From Armatimonadota bacterium (GTDB taxonomy: Bacteria > Armatimonadota > UBA5829 > DSUL01): 64,000 nucleotides of DNA. The notes beneath the pieces are model-generated. The model had not been told where the DNA came from, did no database searches, and saw nothing but the letters and a program-made list of their open reading frames with translations. The stretch covers positions 704,001-768,000 of the forward strand of contig JBDHZC010000001.1 in NCBI GenBank assembly GCA_039811685.1, read 5' to 3'. The translations under genes and the position numbers were made by a program. Position 1 is the stretch's first letter; the number at the start of each line of letters is the position of its first letter. Positions 21,401 through 28,329 of this stretch are shown here, piece by piece.

Positions 21401-23150
21401 GCGTGACAGGATCGACAGAGGCGCGATAGGTGCGCGTGCCGTTTGGCGCTTCCAGAAAAAGCGTCACATTTCCAACTACACCGTTATGTGGACCTGGCGC
21501 ATCTCCATCGGGATCCATGTAGTCCACAGAGAAATCAAATGCTGTCTGCGTGGTCCCCTTGAAGGGCGTCGCGGTCGCATTGCGTAAAGCGGGAGCAGAA
21601 TTAAGGGAAGGAATGCCGGGCAAAACCCGTGGCCCAACCAGAGGATCTGCTGAGCGCAGCGGGTAGTACGCCTGATAGTTCATACGCTCACCCAGCAAAG
21701 TTGGGTTGTTGCTGACCATGAAGCGCGCGGTATGCTGGCCCAATCCAAGCCCGGCCGGTACAGCAGCGCCAAACCCCACCCCTCCAAATCCGGCGTAGTC
21801 CTCAGGTGAAGGCGGATCACCGGTGGGAACCATTGTCAGTCCCGCGATTCTCACAATAGATCCGTCCAGCCCAAGCGGAGGGAAGTCCGCAGAAGAATTG
21901 CTAAACGAGATCGTATCGCTGGTGTTAGTCCAGATCGTGTAGCTGTTGCCTGCTCCTGTCCCCAGCAGCACCTGTAGCGGCAAACCCGCAAACTGTCCCG
22001 GTATCCAGCCCGGGCTGTTCTGGAAACGAAGCGTCACAAACCCGTTGTCGTTCGTATTGAAATCTACTGCCTGGTCAACGAGAATATCGCTCAGGGAGTA
22101 CGCGTAGCCGTTAACCAGTCCGCTCGCAGTCACGGCAGGGTCGCTGTCCGCGGTCGGATATTCCCGAGCCGACAAGGCCAAAACGTTGGATGTGTTGCCG
22201 AAAACTGTGAATACCGTAGCAACCGCGTCTCCGCTCAGGAGATCCGGGTTGCTCGAAACAATCTGCAGTCTTTTTCCCGCCCAGGCACCCGGCGTATAGG
22301 CCGCAAAGTCATCAACAATTGCCGCTGCGGTGTAGTCAATCGCGGTAGAGCGTGCGCTCAGCTCGTTAATCTGAAACTTGTCACCTGGCACGGGCGCGGT
22401 ATCGGCATCAGAGTCGAGCTTGCCGCGAACAATGAGCGTATTGCTCGTATTGTCAATAATCGTATCAGTCAGGCCGATCCGCTTTCCAGTGTTCCAGTTA
22501 AGCGGTTGGTTTTGAAACTGAGAAGGTGTCCAGCTTTTGGAGCTGTCCGTCACCAGAGTCACGTCTGGTTCCACTTCACTTGCGATACCGCCTGTGAACT
22601 GCCACCCAGAAGAGTTTCCCGTCCAGACAATCGGAAATCCCGGTTCGGGAGCATCGCCATCACGATCCCTGTACGTGACCTGATACGTCGCGGGCAGTCC
22701 CGGCCGAGCCCCCCCGCCAACCGATCCATCTGAAAGTATTGGAGCCTCGCTGATAAGAGGTCCGTCCAGGTCCGAGTCTGCGGGGAACTTGACCACTGCC
22801 GCATCAGCGGTGCTTTTGGTCTCAAAGTGATAGTTGTTTGAGACAAGCGGAGTGTAGACAGTGGAGCCTGGCACGTCAATTCGGTACTGAACTGGCTGGG
22901 TGTAGTCGGATACGTTGTTGACCACCGACTTCATCGCGACTGGATATTCAGCGCCGTTGATGAAGAGCTTCACATACGAAGGCGCATCGCCGTCCGCGTC
23001 AGCATAGAAGACTGTGAATGTGTAAGTGGTCCATGAAGCGCCAATAACTGGACTGACACTTCCGTCGCTTAAGACCGGATCAGCCGCGCGAGACGCCGAG
23101 GCAGAAAAGCTCAACACAACCAGAGCAACAAGACAAAGGAACCTTCTCAT
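18444..23150 (-). CDS. Large (1568 aa) secreted repeat protein with shared C-terminal GWNQI/GYWxR domain
   Basis: Signal peptide MRRFLCLVALVVLSFSASASRA, nine ~100-aa repeats, GAGGA RBS; stop lies 3 nt before the next ATG. Confidence 0.85.
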   Translation of the reverse strand: MRRFLCLVALVVLSFSASASRAADPVLSDGSVSPVIGASWTTYTFTVFYADADGDAPSYVKLFINGAEYPVAMKSVVNNVSDYTQPVQYRIDVPGSTVYTPLVSNNYHFETKSTADAAVVKFPADSDLDGPLISEAPILSDGSVGGGARPGLPATYQVTYRDRDGDAPEPGFPIVWTGNSSGWQFTGGIASEVEPDVTLVTDSSKSWTPSQFQNQPLNWNTGKRIGLTDTIIDNTSNTLIVRGKLDSDADTAPVPGDKFQINELSARSTAIDYTAAAIVDDFAAYTPGAWAGKRLQIVSSNPDLLSGDAVATVFTVFGNTSNVLALSAREYPTADSDPAVTASGLVNGYAYSLSDILVDQAVDFNTNDNGFVTLRFQNSPGWIPGQFAGLPLQVLLGTGAGNSYTIWTNTSDTISFSNSSADFPPLGLDGSIVRIAGLTMVPTGDPPSPEDYAGFGGVGFGAAVPAGLGLGQHTARFMVSNNPTLLGERMNYQAYYPLRSADPLVGPRVLPGIPSLNSAPALRNATATPFKGTTQTAFDFSVDYMDPDGDAPGPHNGVVGNVTLFLEAPNGTRTYRASVDPVTHGSWPAGLWRTINSSVFQGFHFDAGTLSSGTYRYHFEASDGYRTTRFPSNPENDPAIVVNSQPVLSNPSVAPASGNTGTLFRFKVTYTDADNTQPSSIKLILNKNGVDQAPMALSKLDAGDNNFIDGAVYYVDTTLAAATYTYRFTASDDVEAAAPTFAQNGPVVRATNSAPVLLNGAVSPASSAFAGNNFTYSVRYHDPDGDAPNSVQLTIYATDGTTVLATKNLTQTNPLLTDYAAAGGVEYSYTGYSFAAGGRYYYQFTASDGLLAATGDTGKLVGPTVNFVPGLSSPSVTPGSGPSSGKFTYQVTYTDQSNVAPGAGGYVRVVVNGVSGQSTYQLAPTASSGWSTGVVYRAQVQLDPGVYTYHFEASDGLDPAPNTAELSGPTSVASPGVRDASVSPASGKSTDTYTYLVTVTNPDNTAPTEVKVFIDGSAEANGYTMAKVNPSASNYTSGVQYFYSTTLLPGVHSWYIRVKIAGQTVYIPDSAPGTPASGPTVNNPPVLTGAIVTPNFGRPSTDFTYSVLYKDADGVGPKPGGFVRVWISGVATPLLLAPHGSDWINGVSYSATTKLPGGSHTFYVEASDGIETTRLPGETGSFDGPRVNTAPTLTNGYVTPTTGGASTTFLYSVTYADVDNDAPAFNSVKVLIDGQPFTMTKLYSWDINYVDGAVYRYSTTLSPGTHNYKFQASDGVDLVSSDLVSGSPTVSSTGLTVNASPNPVTLGDVVTLSGQVTPARATQILLTFTRPSSSTFTRTVSTGASGAYSTEITADDVGQWVVTARDVNGDGTTVTLSPPLVVSSASLRVQGGVVDMISVPVATLTGDPATIFGADAARALHIVRWDPFTAAYQFYGQSAIFPVLAAGSGFWIKPDATVTLGLNGALSDQNQPVVVSVLPGWNQIGSGFVRAVNWGATKVRYQNQTVSLSQAAANGWVRDFAWGYNPGAKSYFLVRAPGGDVATLDPYRGYWFRAFVACDLLIQPTGAQ

Positions 23151-23426
23151 TAAGTGTCTTCCTCGACGCAGCCACTAAGCTGCCCGCAGCAGTGGACAAC
23201 GATCAGTGTGTGAGTATCAGAGTACCCACACGGCATGACGCCGCGCTCCGGAGAAACGCGGCGCTCACCAGCAACTATCAACGCCAATCTTCCATCCCTC
23301 AAATCGTCACCCACAACCACAGCCGCCCGTTTCCAATTCTTTCCTTGCTAACAGACGATCCTTGGCTGCCCCTTGTTCGCTCCGGCCTCTTCCCTCCGCA
23401 GAGATCCACACACCTCAGGCTCATCA

Positions 23427-25454
23427 TTACCTGGAGTGGGCGCCATTGCCGGACGAGAAAGCGCCATTGGCAGCCGGCGACCGATGCGTCCGCGCAACCT
23501 GCCCCGACCCCGGCGGTCCTGGAGGCAGCGGAGGCAACGGCGGAGTAACACCGCCCCCACCCCCGGCATCGCGGGAGGTGAAAACCACCGAGCCACCTAT
23601 AGTATCAGTCCCGGGAACAATGAGAGATAACGGCTGAAACGCGCGCACCCAGTAGCCTCTCCACGGTATTATCTGCGTGTCAGGAGAAGAGCTTGCCTCA
23701 TAGGCATTGGTCGTGGCGTTGTACCAGTACACAGTAGCTCTCAGCCAGTTGCGCTCAGTCGCCGTTGCCAGTGGAACGCTACCTTCAATCGGATCTCGAA
23801 GCACACGGAAACGCCCCCAGGAGATGCCATAGAGAAACGGGTTGCCAATCTGATTCCAGCCCGCCTTCAGATTGATAACGTACGGACCAGTGGTTGAGTT
23901 AGGAAGCGGGTCAGCATTTGTTACAATAACCCGCGCGATATTGAGCGGCTTGAACCAGAAAGCGTCTCCCGGTTGAACAGTGGTGATATCAGCATACAGC
24001 CCTGTCGCTGGATTGAATTTCTTGGCCGCGAAAGACCCCGGGGTAAGACCCAACATGGCGGCAGGAGTAGGATCGTCTGCGCGAAAAGGAACAGAAATGA
24101 GCTGCCAGGTATTGCCCGGATACAGCCGATCTTCCACAGCGGGAATATTCACTGAACGCGTTACCGCCTTGGCCGTCAACGGAAATCCGACGACAGACAG
24201 AGTCATATTGACAGGTCCAACTTGTGTGCGATCGGCAAGAATCTGCCACTTGACCTGCCCCTCGCCACCAGCGATGCCGATGTCGCCTATTGTCTTGGTG
24301 GGCGTTTCACCTGGCGCGAACTGCAAACCGGCGTCCAGGGCCAACTGGACCTGCACGTTGGAGAGCGGCAGTTCATCGCTGCGATTGTAAACGTATCCGT
24401 ATACGGTCGTAGGTTGCGGGTTGATGTCGCCCAGGTCATCCCCCGCCGGCCGATTGTATTCCAGTGAAAATGGCGCCTGGAGAGCCAAGACAGCCGGATA
24501 GCTGTAATCCTCCGTGGCATGTCCCAGACCAAAATAAAAGGTGGTGGGGCTCATCGTTGCGTTGGCAGCCACGGACTTCTGATTCCACAGCAGAACCAGA
24601 CCACTCTGTTCAAGGATGGAGTGAGTCGCGATGGGAGCCAGATCCCAGAAGTCGCCTCCAAAAGCATGGCCCGCGTTCGTGAGCATGACCGAATCAGGCG
24701 TTGTCGCGTCTGCCCCGCGCAGAATTGTCTTGGTCACTATTTTGTACTGCGGCAGGTTGTCAAAACCGAACACGACATCCGGCACATCACTTCCAGTCAA
24801 CTCCTGCTCGTTGGTTACAGAACCAGTTCGGACAGTCCAGAAAGGCCCGCCGGTGACAAGCTGCATGCTCTGATCGTAACCGTAGTCAGTATCCATGAAG
24901 GTGGCCAGGCCGATCTTGTGAGCAGCGGTGTCGTTGTTCGTGATGGAATAAGACACTCGAATAACATCGCGCTCTATGCTGATAACGCGAGATATGTTGA
25001 TGGGAGCGCTCTTGAGTAAGTAGCTGTCGGTGATGATGTCTTTGTTCTCATCGGCAGAGGGCTGTCTGGTCCAGGCACCGCCTTCATCCGAGCCGTAGAT
25101 CACCGCATCCGCCTCATCCACCTTGATTGCTGTGTAGCAACCCCAGGGTTCCTGAAACAACGCCCCGCCAGTCAGCTCTACACCGTTGTCATCAGCAGTA
25201 TGCGGTTCACCGCCGGTCGTTGCTACCGTCCAGTAACCGGCCACTTTGACGGTCGTATTGTAGTTGGGGCCAGCGTCAGAAACGTCTCCCGAGACTCCAG
25301 CGATTACCTGAAGATACGAATTCTGAACAGACTCAGCCGAGAAAGCAGCGCATGCGCGTCCCTGAAGCCCAATAACGCACCCCAGCGCGACCAGGGCAAA
25401 CGTTGCGAGCCTGCCCATCAGCGCAGCGTCTGGCCAGACCAGATTACGGGACAT
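23427..25454 (-). CDS. Secreted hypothetical protein (~680 aa) with shared GWNQI/GYWxR domain and Gly/Pro tail (start uncertain: 25454 or 25418)
   Basis: Signal-like ATFALVALGCVIGLQGRACA; LKAGWNQIGNP and PWRGYWVRA motifs. Confidence 0.8.
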   Translation of the reverse strand: MSRNLVWPDAALMGRLATFALVALGCVIGLQGRACAAFSAESVQNSYLQVIAGVSGDVSDAGPNYNTTVKVAGYWTVATTGGEPHTADDNGVELTGGALFQEPWGCYTAIKVDEADAVIYGSDEGGAWTRQPSADENKDIITDSYLLKSAPINISRVISIERDVIRVSYSITNNDTAAHKIGLATFMDTDYGYDQSMQLVTGGPFWTVRTGSVTNEQELTGSDVPDVVFGFDNLPQYKIVTKTILRGADATTPDSVMLTNAGHAFGGDFWDLAPIATHSILEQSGLVLLWNQKSVAANATMSPTTFYFGLGHATEDYSYPAVLALQAPFSLEYNRPAGDDLGDINPQPTTVYGYVYNRSDELPLSNVQVQLALDAGLQFAPGETPTKTIGDIGIAGGEGQVKWQILADRTQVGPVNMTLSVVGFPLTAKAVTRSVNIPAVEDRLYPGNTWQLISVPFRADDPTPAAMLGLTPGSFAAKKFNPATGLYADITTVQPGDAFWFKPLNIARVIVTNADPLPNSTTGPYVINLKAGWNQIGNPFLYGISWGRFRVLRDPIEGSVPLATATERNWLRATVYWYNATTNAYEASSSPDTQIIPWRGYWVRAFQPLSLIVPGTDTIGGSVVFTSRDAGGGGGVTPPLPPLPPGPPGSGQVARTHRSPAANGAFSSGNGAHSR

Positions 25455-25824
25455 ATTCGGCAGAGTCGGTTTTGGTGGCATACAGATCCTCGTGACACGG
25501 TGACGCACAGCAGGGATGACGATCAGGAAAGGACAGCCGGAAGACGAGACGTTCATCAGAAGCAAGGTGTTGTACCACAATCAATAAACGTCGACGCCGT
25601 TTCATGGACATAGCGCCGCTCGCATTTGTTCCTGACGCTCATCCGGCACCCTCTCGCAGACACCGTAATAATACCAGGTAAATCCATCTGTAAAAAGTTA
25701 TTCAAAGACTGCGCATATCCTCCGTTATCTGCGCAACATATCTGTGCGAGATCACCCGAGACACAGGGACGGACCGGCCTCCGCTGAGCCAGATTCGCAA
25801 CATCTGAAGTTGGTGTCTCAGAAC

Positions 25825-28179
25825 CTACCACGCGCGCACTTTGCCGCTTCCTTCCGATTGACCACCAGTGGAGCTGCCTGTCAATGAAGCTCCAGCAGGC
25901 TGAGCGATAGACGGCATCACAGCAGACTCATTCTGCAAAGGCTGATAGTGTATTGTCAGTCTGCCACGCACGTCGTCCACAGAAGTCAATCCGCCGGTAA
26001 GCGGCACTTTGGATCTCACCCAGTAACCCAGCCATGGCTGCAGGGTCCCCTCTGGCGCTGTCTGCGAAACGTAAACATTGTTCTCGTAGCTGTAGAGCGA
26101 TGGACTGATCCAGCCCCGCCTGGCAGCATCGGTAATGGATACCGTCTCCCCCATATAGGTGACCAGAACGCTTCCCCACGCAATCGGATACGGGTACGGG
26201 TTTCCAATCTGATTCCAGCCCGGCGCCAGTGACATATCGTAAGAGTAGCGATCGTCTGCCACTTCGTTCTCCAGCAGCTTTGTAGTCGCGTTCAGGCGCA
26301 GCCAATAGCCTACACCACGCGGCAGAGTCTCGCTCAAGCCATTTGTCTGACTGGCGATGACGTCGGTTGGACGCAGGGACGCTCGAGGATCGTTCGCCAA
26401 TCCAGGATAGTTGTACATCGCATACGTAGTTTTGACAGTGCCGGTATCGTCAAGTTCTGGAACTGCGCGCGCCAACCGGTAGAGTGGAGTTTTCAGTACG
26501 GATGCCGGATCGTTGACCGCAGAACCAAACGGCCGAGAGAACATGTAAAGTCCCGGCGGCAGAGTGGGCCCCTTGATATCGAACGAAACACTGGCAGATT
26601 TGATCTTTGAGAGGTTGAATATAGCGGCCGCGGAGACAACGACACGATGTGTCCCTTCTTCAGAAAACGCCCAACTAAAAGACATTTCTCCCGAGCTCGT
26701 GCTGTAGTTGAAGTTCTCAACGCGAGAATCTGAGGCGCTCTGCCCGCTGATGACGGTCACACCGTCTACTTGCACGGAGATGGACTGAGGAGCCGCTCCG
26801 GCCAACCTCACTCGTATCAGCGGCTTCAGCGTCGAAAGCACATCGCCTTCACGGGGTCTGTCAATGTTGACGTTGACCGGCGAATATCGCAACGCAGCGT
26901 TGACATCCAGAATGCCGTAGCCGTACTGATCGTTGGGGATCTTTGTCCCTTTAGGCTGTGCCGTGCCTTCCAACGCTGCTCGGACACTGGAAGCTGGCAT
27001 TCCCGCCGACAGAAGCAGCGCCGCGGCTCCCGCGACATACGGGGCTGCCATAGATGTGCCCTGGAACGTCCCCCAGCCATTCGTTGCAGCGGTCGCCGCT
27101 CCAAAGCAATAACGAATACAACTCAATACGCCGCCGGGATCGTTCAGATCATTGCTGGACATTTGTCCACCCGGTGCGGCAATGTCCACTTCTGGACCAA
27201 AGTTGCTATACGAGGCCTTGTTTCCACTCGGACCAACGGACGCTACAGCCATACAGTCCGGGAATGCGGCGGGATAAGCCACAGGGCCATTGTCATTCCC
27301 CGTCGAAACGACAATTATGATCCCGCTGTTGGCCAGCTCCCGGCACTTGGCTTCGAGCGCAGCAGAGCGGTAGTAGCCTCCCAGGCTCATGTTAACCACC
27401 TGCGCGCCGCGCCGCTTGGCCTCCTCAAGTCCCTGGACAACCCAGCTCCACTCAGCGCCTCCACCCTGGTCGGCGAAAACTTTGATCGGAATGATCTTGA
27501 CCTTGTCCCAGCAAACGCCTACAATGCCCACTCCGTTGTCGCCCTGCGCGGCGATAATGCCTGCAACGTGCGTGCCATGCGTCATCTCCTGCAAAGCTTC
27601 ACAGTCCTCAGGAGGATTTGTATCCGCATCGCCATCCGCCACGTCGTAGCCGGCAATCAGGCGCGTGGACAAATCTGGATGATCTGCCCGAACACCGGTG
27701 TCCACCACAGCAACCTTGACAGTCTCAGCGCCCTTGGTAATGTCCCACGCGAGAGGCGCCCGGATCATCTGCAACGCCCACTGCTGAGGGTAGAGTGGAT
27801 CTGTTGGAACAGCTTGTACGTAGCCATATCCATTGGCTTCAGCTCGCAGCACCCGAGGGTCTGAGCCGATGGCTTCGAGCATCTTTTTCGTCGTCTGCGT
27901 CTCGGGGTTGAACGACCGGATCTGATACCAGTTTTCCAGAGGCAGCTTGGTGACAATACGCGCACTCGCCTTCGTGGCCACGGCAGCGGCAGTAGTGACA
28001 TTGGAGCCCTCTCTGAGCTGAACCAGCAGATCGCCTTCAACATACAAGGGCCTGTTTGACGGGTTGCCGCCGCCAGGACCAGAAGCAAACGCTGGAGAGA
28101 ACAGAACGCACAGCACAGCAGCGAAAGCGGTGATGCGAAAAGTCCGGCCGAATAGTGTGAACAGCATCTTGATCAGCAT
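25825..28179 (-). CDS. Secreted subtilisin-like S8 serine protease with shared GWNQI/GYWxR domain
   Basis: Catalytic triad motifs VAVVDTG, HGTHVAG, GTSMAAP; signal peptide and propeptide-like region; GAGG RBS before ATG 28179. Confidence 0.92.
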   Translation of the reverse strand: MLIKMLFTLFGRTFRITAFAAVLCVLFSPAFASGPGGGNPSNRPLYVEGDLLVQLREGSNVTTAAAVATKASARIVTKLPLENWYQIRSFNPETQTTKKMLEAIGSDPRVLRAEANGYGYVQAVPTDPLYPQQWALQMIRAPLAWDITKGAETVKVAVVDTGVRADHPDLSTRLIAGYDVADGDADTNPPEDCEALQEMTHGTHVAGIIAAQGDNGVGIVGVCWDKVKIIPIKVFADQGGGAEWSWVVQGLEEAKRRGAQVVNMSLGGYYRSAALEAKCRELANSGIIIVVSTGNDNGPVAYPAAFPDCMAVASVGPSGNKASYSNFGPEVDIAAPGGQMSSNDLNDPGGVLSCIRYCFGAATAATNGWGTFQGTSMAAPYVAGAAALLLSAGMPASSVRAALEGTAQPKGTKIPNDQYGYGILDVNAALRYSPVNVNIDRPREGDVLSTLKPLIRVRLAGAAPQSISVQVDGVTVISGQSASDSRVENFNYSTSSGEMSFSWAFSEEGTHRVVVSAAAIFNLSKIKSASVSFDIKGPTLPPGLYMFSRPFGSAVNDPASVLKTPLYRLARAVPELDDTGTVKTTYAMYNYPGLANDPRASLRPTDVIASQTNGLSETLPRGVGYWLRLNATTKLLENEVADDRYSYDMSLAPGWNQIGNPYPYPIAWGSVLVTYMGETVSITDAARRGWISPSLYSYENNVYVSQTAPEGTLQPWLGYWVRSKVPLTGGLTSVDDVRGRLTIHYQPLQNESAVMPSIAQPAGASLTGSSTGGQSEGSGKVRAW

Positions 28180-28329
28180 CTCAGCAACCTCAGGCAGCGC
28201 CGCCGGCTCCGCGGCGGAATCTCCGGGTGCCTGCAAGCAGATGAAAACCCTCCTGCTTGCGAGAGCACCCGGATAAGCACTCCAATCTTAAGACAGCCGC
28301 CTTGCGCTCAAGCGCGCAGCGTTTGAGAA

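Noticed and set aside
10413..23150. CRISPR array or DNA tandem repeats in the giant genes
   Set aside because: Repeats are at the protein level and diverged in DNA; there is no repeat-spacer periodicity and no cas genes
23271..23286. Sigma-54-like TGGC-N8-TTGC upstream of the 1568-aa gene
   Set aside because: Spacing is one base too long (GG-N11-GC); sigma-54 spacing is strict
26770..27864. 364-aa plus-strand ORF and similar long antisense ORFs (33207-34097, 40271-41341, 17136-17978, 57481-58368)
   Set aside because: Shadow frames overlapping well-supported genes in GC-rich DNA, with no recognisable motifs
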